Shown: piece by piece, positions 12,790-27,239 of the stretch
Layout: each line of letters starts with the position of its first letter
Position numbering within the stretch: the stretch's first letter is position 1
Assembly: GCF_009834535.1 (NCBI RefSeq)
Contig: NC_045697.1
Coordinates: 63,242,001-63,306,000 of the forward strand
Direction of reading: 5' to 3'
DNA: 64,000 nt
Origin: Camelus ferus
Lineage: Eukaryota
The notes under the pieces: model-generated
What the model was told of the DNA's origin: nothing
What the model saw: only the letters and a program-made list of their open reading frames with translations
Database searches by the model: none
Translations under genes and position numbers: made by a program

Positions 12790-13230
12790 GAAATTAGCCG
12801 TATACCTGCCACAGATGATGAATTATGTCTGGTCTGAGGCTCCCTTGGTCATGACAAGACCATTTGCACATTGTAGGCTTTTGTCTTCAGGTGAGTGTGT
12901 AAGTCAATTATAGACAAGGATACCTACTAAGAAGTCAACTAAGGGCTTCTGAGAAATATTTTTCTCCTGATACATGGTTGAAAAACTCTTTATTGTCCTT
13001 TTGTCTCCTTTCCTGCTTGGGATTTTGTCTATGAAGACAGTACACTTAGACTTTCGGCACCCATCTGGAGATTAAGATTCTAGTTAAGTACCTAGGCACG
13101 TAAACTAATACTCTGAGAAGTATGTCAAATCAACCATTAGCTATGATACTTTATGTTAGATAAATGTCTTTACCCTTTATGGCAATTTGACAGGGAATTC
13201 TGTTTCATAATACTTGACACACGCAGAATT
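12790..13230. mobile_element. Ancient MaLR (MLT1-type) LTR
   Basis: 'agggcttctgagaaatatttttctcctgata...gcacccatctggagattaag...atgttagataaatgtctttacc' resemble MLT1 LTRs. Confidence 0.45.
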
Positions 13231-14719
13231 TCTGTTATTTTCTTAAACAAAGCAACTAACTTTTGTCTTCAATTGTCCCACTTAGATTATGCCCAGAAGT
13301 TCTTCTCATTTAAAAAAAAAAGTCACTTCATATAGATCATAGATGCCCTTTTCTCAGGATTTCCATGTACAGCATTTTCTCTTTTTAAAATAGTATTTCC
13401 TTCCACTATATACTTATTTGTTAAGGATTTATCACAATATATATACTTTTAATTTGATGTGTGGAAGGAACCTTTTCCTTTTTCACTATTGCATTTGAAG
13501 GCCTTAGCATAGCACCAGATTCATAGGGGCTAAAAGCATGTGCAGAATAAATGGTTGAAACAATGAATAGTAGTCTAGCTTTACGTGGATTGTAGTAGAG
13601 AGGTCAACACAGATTAGCGGGAAGCCCTCTCATAAGAAGTGATATTTTAACAGTCTTAAATGTCCATAAAGATTTACCACATAGAATAAATGGAGAAGGT
13701 CAGGCCTTCAGAGATAGCATGTTCCCTGTCACTGAACAGCCATTTGTGAGGAGATTTATTACGAGTGGTTAAACTACATGATCATTTAAGTCCTCTGTAG
13801 GCCAGTATTTATAAGTAAAAAAGCCCCATGTATCTAAAGATAATATGTATGGAAAAAAAAGTCCTCCAAAGGACTTTTGAACTATTGAATCCTGTAAATA
13901 GGAAGACCAAAATTTTGTAAGAAGAGTGAAAAAAGAACTAAGTGGCTAAAAACTGAGACAACATGAGAATAATTTGTTTACCTTATATTTTACAACATTT
14001 AAGTTATAATAACAACTTTGGGGAAAGTGTAATATTTTGAACAAAGTAGAATGATAGCTCTTAAGATATGACATCCTTTACTTCAATTGTATGTAATTAT
14101 GTTAAGAGGATCATTTTCACATAAGTCTACTAGGATTTCATTGGCTTTCCCAAAATCCTTTAGAAATCATCAATTAAGGTAAAAATTATCTTTCAAGCAC
14201 CTCGTATTGAAGGTGGGGATAGGAATGGGATGAGACTGTTTGAGGGAGGATAATTTTATAAGCTGTCAGTTCACTTGTGAATATTTTATTGTATGGCAAA
14301 TTTTACTTCTCTATACAGAATCATAAATGTAGGGACTTGGGTAATAAATACAAGGATAATGAGAATGCTTGGTACTTTATTGAGTTCTGGGATTAATAAT
14401 TAATGATGTGGGTAGACAATTTTCCAAATCCATGATTAAGTTTTCTCTGATAACTAAAACCATTTTTCAACTTTTATTTCTTTCAAGAGCGTACTATCTT
14501 GATTCATGGTTCAGTATATTGTACAGGGTCATTAACACCAGTGTACTGAGGGAGGATGAAGAGAAAATATTTCCACATAGAGAAATTTAACATCTCAAAT
14601 GTTAAAAGTGAATTCCAGTATCTTATACATCAATCTTGTAAGTGAAAACCTTATTTTTACCTGCAAGTGAGAACTAGTATGCTCTTCTAAGACTTACAAT
14701 TTTTAAGACAGATTTACGA

Positions 14720-15010
14720 AATACACTGGGCAGTGGTAAAAAGCTCAGTCTTGGGAGTCAACATTCTTGTAATATCGATTGAGATTTCACTAATCTTGGG
14801 CAATGTGAAAAATCATCAACTTAACATTACTTCTAAATTCTTGCTCTGTCTTTTGAAAGTTTGGTGACCTTGAGCAGGCTACATAATCTCTCTGAATCTT
14901 AGGAATTTACACACTGGAAGTTTATGCTTAATTTATAGACTCATTAGAGGGATTTTTAAGAAGGCTGCAAAATATCAAGTATATCATTGGTGCTCAATCA
15001 ATGGTAGCTA
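14720..15010 (+). mobile_element. MIR SINE relic(s)
   Basis: 'gcagtggtaaaaagctcagtcttgggagtca', 'gtgaccttgagcaggctacataatctctctgaatct', 'tggtgctcaatcaatggtagcta'. Confidence 0.6.
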
Positions 15011-17699
15011 GAATTTTTATTGAAGACTATGTGCTTTTCTCAAATAAAAATTAAAATAGAATTCTGCCACTTAATTAACTCCCTACACCTTAAAACTCGT
15101 GGTCCCTACTCCAGCATACTTTCAGAACAGTTCTTGCCATAGGTAAGAAATGGGTCCCCTGGGTAATATAGCCATTAGTTCAAAACAATATTCTTTTTCA
15201 ACTCCTTGTATGGCTTTGTTGCTGCCTGTATCCCTTGCCTTGATTTCTGACCCTGATTCACCTTGTTGGGCACCTGATAGTTTCTCTTCATTCCCATTTG
15301 GCATTCTTTTTAGATGCTCTCATAATTTCTAGTTCCTACTCTTCATCTGGTTTCAACATTACCCTGTCTGTAAATTTATTTACTAAATATTAAAATGACT
15401 TAAGTATTTTCTACTCCTATAATCTTGATTCAGTGGTTCCCTGAAGTAACTGTATGTCTGAACACTAATGTAGTATATCGTCCCCTCCTTCAGTTATAGA
15501 TATTGGATTCTATGCTGGGAAAGTCACTTAATTTTTTGAGCTAATATTCAATAACATAACCAAAGAGTGTTATCATTAGATTACAGTACTTTAAAAATAA
15601 GGAGCAATTTAAATGCTGAGTATTGTTATGAATTTGACTTGAACTAAGATGACTGTTAATGGCCAATCTGGCGCTGATCTCCCAAATTGGTTAGCTTATT
15701 AAGACTTGATTCTTTTGCCTACTTACTTTAGAAATGGGCTTTTATCCATCTATTAGGTAGTTACAGCTTAGCAGCACTATCATCTACTTTACTTCATCCT
15801 CATGGGAAACTGAGTGTCTAAAACAACAGATGGCAATGTATTTCATGCCAGCAAATACATAAATTTTATTTCCCCAAATAAATAATACCTTATTGTACAG
15901 TTTGTTCTATTTGAGCTAAAGGATTCACACTAATTTATATATGGGCACTTAAAAAGGCAAAGAGACATAGCATGTAATTCTAAGAATAACACAAATGAAC
16001 AATGATTTATAGTTAATGTATTGTTCTCATTTATTTTTAGTGACAGTTTTAAATATAAGACAGTTATTATTATTTTATAGATATAGAGGTTGAGGAACCA
16101 AACTTTAAAGTGCACGCAGTTATTCAGTTTGGGGTTCTATATGGTAAGTAGCTTATTTCCATAATTATTAGGCCCTTGCAGCAGTGGAATAAAATTGGGA
16201 GGTGGCAAATCAAACCTCTGCTTTTATTGCTGAAAGACAGTCTACCATTAAAATTAACTAAGATCAATTCACATTTTAATTTTCACCAGGAAAGAAATCC
16301 ATTCAAATAATATCTTTTGCAAAAATGTTTTAATGTGGTTATCTGCTCAAAGTTTAAAAATAAACAGAAACCTCTCAAAGAATAAATAGGACCTATTTCA
16401 TAATGTAACTTTAACAAAACTGCTGGAACATAATTTAGGTAACACAGATTCAGAGTGACTCAATGAAAGCATGATAGATTCCACTTGAAGACACAATTAA
16501 AGAACTTGATAGAATGGCCTCAGTTCCTATGGTGATAGTGACAGAACTATTGAAGGGTAGTTTGAAAAGCATCAGAGAATCATTGTGTTCTTTTCAGAAA
16601 GTGATCTGTGACAGATTTATTAAAAAGAAGAAAATAGAAAAATTTATACGTGAAATTATTTTGCTCAATAGTATTTGTATTGAGGATTTGAAATTTAAGG
16701 CAAAGGCCTTCAATATGGAATGTTGACCTACAGATTCAAATGAAATTGAAAGCAATAAATTTATCAGTAGATTTCCTATATTCACTGTTTATAAAATGTG
16801 AAAAGATTGTATTTATTAGAATTGATTTGTACTCATAAACTGAGGAGTGACTGATTTTCATTTTTCCAAATGTTTACGAGTTCCTCTGGTTAACTTTTGA
16901 GTGAATGTATCGGTCAAACTCCACTGGGTGTAATCAACCATGATTAAGTCAATCAATATTTTCCTTGAAATAGATTGAAACTAAATAGGGAAACCCCAAA
17001 GAAAGAAAAAGTCATCAAATACAAAGAATTGAAGAAAGACCAGTATGAATCATTATTTATTTATTATGATTTCTAGAAAGGCAACAATCTCAAAATTCTA
17101 AAAGTAAAAATAATGCACAGTTACTCTTTACTAACTGAAACATGTCGGTAACACCAGCAGGTCTCATTTTGCATGGTTCCATAGCAACCAAAATCCATGC
17201 TTATTGGAACTGTGTTCTTGCTTTGATCAAATTTCACTTAGCACGATAGGTATGAGTGTCAGTTAACATGATACCATGCAAAGAAGAGAAAATTCCTATA
17301 TTGTACTTCATAAGAAGACAAAGCAAGAACTATCAATCAATATACACTGGGTATATAAAGCGTATTTTTTCTTACTACATTTTCATCATAACTAAGAAGA
17401 AGCACACATTACCCATATACTCAAGATACAAAATTTTTTCTAATGTTGTCTTAAATAATTTTCTTTTACAAACTATTTGAGGGAACTTTTGTAGCATTTT
17501 TATGGCAATTGATTGTTTAATCATGAAAGATACTTAATGCTTAATTTAAAATGTAGGGTTTTTTTTTTAACCTTGCTGTATTCTACAACCAATTAGAAGT
17601 AGCATCACAGAAATATATGAAATGTTATAAGAAATTAGAGCTAGAATAAAGAAAAATCTGTATCAAGCCGGAGAAAAATACAAATCCTAAGATATAATA

Positions 17700-18130
17700 C
17701 TAGTCAGTTTTGTTGCTTTAATGTTGCAAAGTAAACAACTGTATACCTCAGAGCTCACTAGTGTAAGGGTCAGCTGTGGTTCTGCTTTGCTTCCTGAAAT
17801 CAACTAAAGAAGCTTAACTTGGCTTTGACTGAGGATCGGATGTGGGTCTGGTATACCTGTCTCCTCATTCTGGCCTCAACAGCTACCCAGGACATGTTCT
17901 TGTGGTGGCATTGGAGTACAGGATGGTGAGTTGGAATCATGAAATGTCTCTTGAAGAAGACATAGAAAACTAGCACTCTGACACTTCTGTCCACATTCCA
18001 CTGGTTACAGCATGTCTCATGGGATAAGTTCAAATTCAGTGGAATCAGAAAATATACTGTATTAATACTGTATTAATATAGTGATGGAGGGGAGGGGAGG
18101 AAAATAGATAGTATTTGTTTTTCACAGATA
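17700..18130. mobile_element. Ancient MaLR (MLT1-type) LTR
   Basis: 'tagtcagttttgttgc...gtaaacaact', 'acttctgtccacattccactggttacagcatgtctcatggg', and a purine-rich 'gatggaggggaggggagg' end. Confidence 0.6.
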
Positions 18131-20384
18131 CAACAAATACTATCTAATAGCACATAATACTATACATGAGTTTTTATATAAGTGGTATATTTAAGCCTTA
18201 ATGTGTATTTTGATTTATATTAATAGACAGTTTAAAAAAAGGCCAAAGCACCATTATTTACAATAATCTTGTTATATTCAGAATATTAACACTTTTGAGA
18301 AGGTTTATGTTGAGAACATATTCATAAAACCTGATATATAATACAGGTGGAAGTAAAAGTTATGAAGCCTACTGCCTTCATTTCAAATCAGTGACTGGGT
18401 GTGATTATTCCATCAACAACTGTCTCGTTTAATATTATTTCAGTGTAAACAGATGCAGTGAATTTTAGATGATAAAAATTCTAAGTCTTATCTGTTCTGT
18501 AACAAAAGATGAATTTTTTCATAAAATGATGGTATCATGCCTCATATTCTTAATATCTTCATATTTGCATCACAAAAAGAATTAAAGTAGATAAAAAAAA
18601 CTTTATATCTGTTTTAAATATTTACAAGTCTTATTTTGTTTTACGGGTCATATGTAATAGTAGTACCACTTAAAGTCTTTAAACAAAGGCAGAAATCAAG
18701 ACAAAGGTGAAAATTAGGCATCATTTTCTCCTAAAATATTTTTAAAAACTTTTTTACATTTTACATTTTTACATTGATTTAACTCTAATGATGTGTTCGA
18801 GTCTTTCTGCAAGTGATGAGTCAATGATTATGTAATAACTGTTTAAGTGCTAATTATTAGGAAATTTTGTATCAATACATAATTCCTATATTTCTAAAAA
18901 TAAAGTTAGCTATGAAATATAAACGTTAGTGTCAGATTTTAAGGCGTTATTACCCTATGGCTGAATCCATGCTTTGGTTCCACAAAGTTAATTTGATACT
19001 GTGTTTTAAGTGCCTACTATGTGCAAGGTGCAGGTACTAAATGTATGTCTGTCGAATTCCCTAGAGAAAAAGCACCTTACTTCTTATTCAGGAACTACAA
19101 AGACATTTATTTAATGCCTCTCAACATGAAATGTTGTCTTCCCTACTGCTCTACTTATCCCATTTACTAGCTATTTAATACTTAGCAAAAAACTGTTGCA
19201 TATATGATGAAATTTGGGACATCCAGTTACTCATGCTTGAAATCAAACTCTTCATTTCCCTTCACAGACTTATCTCTTGTTTTTCAATATGGCTCTGCAT
19301 TCATGTTGATATATGCAAATTATATAATGGTCTTGCCTTTGTTTTTTTCACTCCATCTCTTTACCTAAGCTTGTATGATGTCTTGATTACCCTGCTAAAG
19401 TTATTTCAATTCTCATTCTAACAAATTAATCAAAATGGTATCATAAATTCAGTAGCAGAATTCTTGTCAGATCTTAATGGCAAAAAAAAAAATAGATTAA
19501 TAAAAGTATGACTTTTCATGTCCCATTACCCCTTGAAGTTTTGGGCACTCTCTAAAAGGAATATTTAGACTATTCTATGACTGAGCCATTAGTTATACCT
19601 CCTTTCAAATTAATTCAAAAAGCAGCTAAGGACAGATCAGTCATTTGTAAGAACAATTAGATTCAAAAGTTAAAAATACTGCATGTAACATTTCTTTCCT
19701 ATTAATGGTTTCTTCTGTTCCATTCACCACTTTGACCCTTTTTCAATTTGTAATCAACAAGTTCCTGGTGTTTAAAGGCCACATTAATCTTCCCTCTCTT
19801 TTTTTCATACTAGAAATCATCTCTGTGAATACATCATGCAGTAGGTTAATTCTGAATTGCTAGTCTCTAATAATATTTTGAAGCTCCAGATAGTTGGTCT
19901 ATGATTGATCCAAGTTCTGGGCTTGTATGTGTGATTTGTATAACAAGAGAGAAAATAAATGAAAATAAAAGGAGTTTTGTGTACTTTTTCCATATCTTTT
20001 GTTTTAATTAATGTTGATGTCACTTTACCTGGATATAGCTTTAAAGCGTAGAGAAATGTAGATTTGAAAGAGAAGCAGCTAAGAAACCAGCCAAACAAGC
20101 ATGTAAACAAATAAATCAATAAATAAATATTTTTGTCATAACATGTGAAGACATATTTTGGAGAAAATACGTTATATGACTTCTAAAATCAGACTAATCA
20201 TAAGAAATTAATAGTAGCCCTGAAATGTTTCAAAGTTTTATGAATTTGTAAGTAAGATATATATAGTGACAATAATTAGCAAACAAAGAAAGATGATATC
20301 TAATTCTTCCTAAAAGCAAATAAACAAAAATTAAAATCATATCAGTAGTAGAATATGGCAAATATAAAGAAAAGGTATGTCTAT

Positions 20385-20487
20385 GTAGTGACCATTTCAC
20401 AGTATATACAAATGTCAAGTCATTATTTTGTATACAGAGATTAATACGGTGTTTTTATGTCAATTATATCTCAATTTTTAAAAAAAG
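20385..20487 (+). mobile_element. L1 (L1MA-like) extreme 3' end
   Basis: 'gtgaccatttcacagtatatacaaatgtcaagtcatta...tatgtcaattatatctcaatttttaaaaaaa' is an L1 3' terminus plus A tail. Confidence 0.75.
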
Positions 20488-23283
20488 AATAGAGCAAGTA
20501 TAATATGTAAGTTTATGAAGGGTTACAACTTTTTTCAATTTTAGTAGGTAAAATCATTTTTCTTTATAGACCTTAATATGAAAAGAAAAAAAGTTAAGTA
20601 TTGAAGAGGAATTTATTCTGTTGTACCTTTCCTGACCTTCATTAAAAGTTCATTTTTAAATCATTTTATTCTTAATGATGATGATAAGTGTGTTTGATAT
20701 TCATAGGAATTTCACTTGGAAAAGATAAAAGATTTTGTAATAATAGAATATTGGCTAAGTAGCTAGTTATTACACACTTAAGTTTCTGGTCTTTAAAATG
20801 CCATAGAGATGTTAGATCCTAGTAATTAATGATATTCATATCTGTTGATATAAAATGAAACTGTGTTAATCCAGGGGTCATAAACACTGTCAAATTTAGA
20901 GGATTATGTTTTAGCAAGTAAATTGTGTCCTTTGACTTAAGAATAATTGCTTCTCATTTGTCTGCACTTATTTCTTTTTGCTTTGGGTTGTCAACCAGGT
21001 TGCCCTTTAGATGCATTTTAATACTTTCTTTGACAGTTGAGCTACTATTCACTATGACATGATAGGAAAATGCCAATGGAAACGATTGCTCTCAATATGG
21101 CTCGGAAAAATGCAAATATTTCAGAAATATAAGATATACGCCTACTTGGCATAAGTTTCTAAGCTTTAGTGTGGTGTTGTTTGGGAAAGTATTTTTTAAA
21201 ATAGCCTCATGAAATGGAAGAAACACAATTAGGAATACCTTTTTCTAAATATATTTTTGGCCCTTTCAAATTATATCTGAGTAGCCTACAGTTATATTTT
21301 ATCTAAATATTCTTACAAAATAATGCCTTACCAATTTACCTACACTTAATTTTTTTTAAATCTCAAGGTAGATAGCTTTATAGAAATAAACTTAAATTTA
21401 CCAACTTGATTAACTTTCAGTTGACTACTATGATTATTGATAGTAGCTAATGAAAGAAGAACCACATATTTATCTAATAGAAAACTCTTTAGGTTTGTTT
21501 GAACAATCTCAGGCCCAAGAATCTACTATATATGTTAAGCAGGGTATTTCACAACATATAAACATTTAAAACAAAATATGACATCTTTAAAGCTGAAGAT
21601 GAATCATTTTAGAATTTTTTTGAGGTGTATGTTCTCTAAATAGCACAGCACTTTGAACGTAAGAGGAGCTAAATAAATATTCTGCTAAAATTATTTGAAT
21701 TATTTGGTTCTCAGAAGATGTATGCAATAATAGTCCTTATCAATTTTTATTCTTAAACTCTGTACAGGATTATCTAATGAAATTTTTTAAAAAAGAAACA
21801 ATTCTCATTCTAAAATTTTCTCTCGGGGGTATAATTTTTAAGTGAAAATGTAATTGCCTATAGGAAATAAAACCTAGATACATAGCAATCCAAGTTTTAA
21901 GATTTTATTACTTTATACAGTTAATCGTCTTCCATTGTTGTGTGACTATAATAAAATTTTGATAAGAGGTCTAACACATTTAGAAAAATAAATCACATGA
22001 AAAATGCTGTGCTCAGACATTACAAAGCATGTACTGAAATGCTCGTTCAACATGAGATTAGTGTTGTGAAAACAGCCGTATTTATTCTTTCTTCTTCTGG
22101 ATGCTTTATCCTGGAGCTTTGGATGTAAGGGGAAAAGTTCTCATGTTGTTCTTAAAATTGGATTTATGTCTTTCAAGATTTTCACAAACTTGTTTCCTAA
22201 ATTCTGTGAATTTTTCAATTCAATATATATTAAAATTATGTAATATAATTTCTCTGAAAGAATTTTTTTGGTCTTATAGTCGTATTCAGATAATATTTGT
22301 TCCTGTTAATGCAAATGTATTGCAGTTTATTTTGAAGAAGGCCTCTCATAATCTGATATATTCTTGGGATAGCCGTGGATCTTTGTGTGGATGACTGGAA
22401 AAAAATGTGAAGATTATTTTTGGAAATTCCAAATTGATACTGATGCCATAATTTAATAAGACTCTGGTTTTCTATGTATTACGTTTTACATTCCTAGCTA
22501 TGGGCATTCTGCTATATATCATGAGATTTTACAGAGCATTCTAGTTTTTAACAAACCTTGCTTAATTCATACCTGTCCTTACTTGCACCCATTAACTTTT
22601 AAAGTGTCTATTCTTCATCTATTGCAAAATTATATCATTTATATTAAAGTGTCCCTTGACCACTGTCATTATCTATCTCATTTCTTCAAGTCTTTACTTA
22701 GAAAATTCTCAATGTAATTGCTAATGATTGAAACTAATGGTGATTTGGTGTAGTTTATTTGTATATATATTTACAGATAGAGTTTATATATATATGTGAT
22801 ATACATGTATATATACATATGATAGATCTTAAATAGAGGCGGAAAAAGGACAGAATATAAGATGCATTCCATAGTTTTTTACAGTGTAGTATGGTCAATT
22901 TAAACTATACAATAATCATCCAATATTGACTATAATGATAAATTAAGCTATAATGATGGTAAAATTTGCTGAATTTTTTTTGGCATTGGGCACAGTGATA
23001 GGCATTTTTAAAAAATCCTTCCACTAATACTGCAAGGGCAGATGTTGTCATATCATGACATGGTGAAGTGAATTGACATTCTCAACAAATTATTAAATGT
23101 CTCTGAGCTTCCATTCTCAAAACCGGTGGTAAAGAGTTTCGTGCAAATGCTAGATGCTCAAAAATTACTTGTTGGGAGATTCCAGTTAGTGTACCTTAGC
23201 CTTTCTTAACCCTCTGGGTAGGACTACTTTCCTTCTCTGCTTCCACAGTGCTTTGATCTTATCTCTATAATAGCACTTAAGCT

Positions 23284-23552
23284 GTGTCTTGAAATTCCAC
23301 TTCCCTGTCTCTTTTAGGAACAAAGGGTCATTTTGGTTTTTTCTCAGCTTCCACTCTGTGCCTTGCTCAGACCTATACTTGCCAGAGGAATTTAGGGCAG
23401 CTGCTCACCTGAGCCTGCCCGCTCTCCCCTTGAGAGTGTACGGTCTACCCCTTAATAAATCCTCACTTTGCTTTCTTAACCTCTGCATCTTGTCTCTAAA
23501 TTCTTTCTGGGGCGGGACAAGAATGTGGACACCAGTTAATCTTCTGGCAACA
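23284..23552 (+). mobile_element. Partial ERV1-type LTR (R/U5 side)
   Basis: 'ctctccccttgagagtgtac...cttaataaatcctcactttgctt...tgtctctaaattctttct...gacaagaa...ggcaaca': polyA signal, U5-like tract and terminal CA. Confidence 0.7.
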
Positions 23553-26500
23553 GAAAGAGATTATTCCTAAAAAGATAGCATCAATCTAAAGCAAGTCAGT
23601 GATCATCAGAAAATATCATTTTTTTCTGGTTAGTTGTTTATGGTTATAAGAAAGAGAGTTTAGGAAATATTTTTTCATGCCATGAAAGAATGTAAGTAAA
23701 ATAAAAACCACTTATATTTTTTTCTATTTGTGTTTTTAGAGGTTTATTAAGCACCTCTGCCCTTGGCTTATATTTCACTCCACAATTTTTTTCATTAATG
23801 TAAATTCAATATTTATCAGTATTTAAATATGAACTTTGAAATATAACAATCATTGTTAAATTCCCTTTGTATTCTGTGTTTCACTCAAGTTGCCTCTCGC
23901 TTTTTAACACTGAATATTCTTTGGTAGCTTGTTACCAGTGATTTGGTTCTGTTCTTAACAGGTAGATGGATAGGTTTGTTGATACACTCTTTTTCCAACT
24001 CTCTTGTTTCTTAAAATGAAATCTTTAAGTAGTTATTTCATGATTTTACTGCATATATTTTATGCACAATTTTGACATTGAACAAGAAAATTGAAGAATT
24101 AAATGAAGTATGCAGGAATGTGGGTTTGTACATAGAAATAAAATCCAAGCATGAAAGAACACACTAGTTTTGTTCTTTAGACTGCTGTTTTATAAAACAG
24201 CAGCGATTATCTCTTCCCTGTATCCCAAAGCAATAAAAACATAATGGCTCAGAACAAAACTGAAAAAAAGACATATATTGTAAGTTATACCATTATTCTT
24301 TATCTCCTTCCTTTGTCCCTTAGAAAATGGAAAAAAGGAAAGAATAAAAGACATAAATGAAAGGAAAGGGCAAATCATGAAGAATGATAGAGGACTCTAT
24401 ACTGTCCAAACATTATTTGAAGAAAAACGTTCATCTATCAAATTTCAAACTGTGATTGTTAGTCTCTGCATTTATTTTTTCTGCATGGAGAATTGTTACG
24501 TATTTGTTTCCAAAAAATAGAAAAGGAAAAAGATAAGATATTTTGTGTATATTCCCCCATCTTGTCACTTCTTTTTGGGACCCCTCACTATGAAAGCCAG
24601 GAACAAATGTAAAGGCTAATTCTCAATGATTAATTAGGAATATGTTTGCTTCCACAGAAAACCTACTTTTAAAATATAATTTCCCTTTTTTTAAAGCAAA
24701 CATTTGACAACTCATGGAGAAAAAAGCCAATTTTATTTTATGTAGATTTAAGGTAACTTTCTTCAGCATAAACATAGATAGAACCCTGAAAATAAAGAGT
24801 GGAAAAATGTGAGAGACAATATAATGTGTCTATATAGAAACAAATGAGGTGCTTATATGTTAATTTATGTGTGAATTTGGTTTCATTTTGTACTGTTGAT
24901 GTTTAATACAATTAATTGATTATTAAACTTTGGATTGGGTCACTGACCAGGAATATAATTTTTAAGATTTATGCAAAATATGTTACAGTGGAGGACACTG
25001 AACTTGTCTTTCAAAAAAGCAGTTGTACCGGGAAATGGAAGGAACAAGGTTTTCCAGGAGCTAACTGATAATAATTAGTAAAGGAGGGATAAAATTTGAT
25101 CCAGCTATCTATCTAATCAATCTGTGTCTTGTCTATACCTTATAGACCTACACCTTATAACTGTTATTCAACAATCTTTTTTATTACAATTGAAGTTTTC
25201 TGGATTTTTTTTTCTTTAGTTAAACCTCACACTATTTTTTTTAAACCTAGATGAACCTCACTGTGCTATTTTGCGCATTTTAGCTTTCTTCCCTTTACAT
25301 TTTGAATCATTTAGACTTTTTCTTATGTAGGAAATCTCTAAATTTTCTCTGTGATGTATCCTTGGGCCTCCTCTCCTTCAAGAAAGGAGCATATGCTAAA
25401 TGTTTCCTTACATTCTCCTATTTAAAACCATCAATTCTGAGCCTCAGAATGTTGTGAGACTTCTAGGGGATGGTGATGGGCCATTGTTGTCAGTTTTTTC
25501 TTGACTGTTTCATTCACAGTGTTCCACCACAGTATCAGATGTAATGGAGACAGCTTTGTACTTTCCTTCCTGGTAACTGGGCGATCTAGCCTAATTATAA
25601 TTCATATTATTATATTTTTAAAACATAGACCTGATTTTAACATAATTAAACACTTATGCTCATTGTCTATAGAAATAACTTTATCTTAGCAGTTGATTGT
25701 CTTCTGTCAAATACTGTAACTAATTTCGAAGTACATAGTGTCTTGAAGCTTACTAAACAACCTTGTTAAAACATTAGCATATACTGATTTAATGTATTGC
25801 TTTTTTAAAAAGTTTGCATTTTCAAATATTCTGTTATATGTATGTTGCATATACATATATGTTGGTGGTGTATGTATATATACATATATATAGTGTGTGC
25901 ATATATGTATTTCATAAATTCAAAGGATTAAGCCTTTGCTAGGAATTCCAATTGTAGAAGAGTTTGGGAGTTATATATTTTGCCACTGCATGTTTGCACA
26001 TATGCATGTGCATGAGTGTATCAGTGCATATGTGTGTGTGAAAAGAGATGTAATAGTGATATACTCTTGTCACAACATAAAGCAGCTCATTATTTCCTCT
26101 AACATCTAAACAAAAGGCTACCCTTTACTCCACATTGCCTTCCTAGAAGATTTAGATATATGAAGGGCAGAAATTCTTTTGTTAATTAATATTCCAGAAG
26201 AACTTAAGTCTTTATAGCACCAGGGTGGAGGAATAAGCACCAAATAAAAACAAGAACAATGTATTAGTATATATCCTTTAAAAAGAACTGAAGTTTGCCA
26301 AGACATTCACCAGCTACAAGTCAGACATAAGAAAGCTCTACTGAGTAAAGCCAGGGATTGAATTATCTTTTCCCCTAACTACAACTGCAAGCTTTAAAAA
26401 AAAAACATTATTATTGTAACTATGTGTAACTTGATTTGCCTCAAGCCAAACACCTTCTTTAACCTGAAAGAGTAAACCTTCGATTAAGAACAATTTTAGA

Positions 26501-27239
26501 GATTAACCTTTTATTTTGCCTCTTCCTGGCCACTGATTTCTTAATGACTGTACCCGAGCATTATTACCGCGGTTACTTTCTGATTGTTTTTCTCATGTAT
26601 TAGTTCCAGTTCTATCCTAAATTATAGCAGGATGCTGGCTGGAGATGTAATGGGGGCAGTTATGATACCTTTGTTACTGATACTGGGTGGGCTAGCCTAA
26701 CACTGATTACCATACTTGAATATTCAAAACATTTGCTTTGTAGAACTAAGTATTAATGTTATGACTACTAAGGTGTACGCTGAGTAGAGAAACAATTTTA
26801 TCTTAGCAATTTTCTTACCGTCTCAAAAATGGTAACTAAATTTTCATGGGACATAGAGATTAAATCTGCATCTAAAGGCAATTAATGCCCTGCATCTGTA
26901 GTAATGTCAGATTTACATGGTTTATTAATCTCACAGTATGCTGGAATTTAAATATTTCTCCTTTAGATGTGCTCATTCACATTGGAACATAGTATGTGAT
27001 GTTGAAGGAGTTCTTAGAGGACATATGAAGGCAGAAATAAATGAAATGGAATAAATATATCCTAGAATACACAGCAAAATATTCCATTACCAATAGTATC
27101 ATACATTTTACAACTTTATGCTTACTCTATTCTTTAAGGTATTTATTTCCTTATTACCTGAAATGAGATTGAGATCAATAAAAATATTAAATGGTCTCTA
27201 AATAGCAAAAGTATATGAAAGTATTTTTGTATTATAGGG

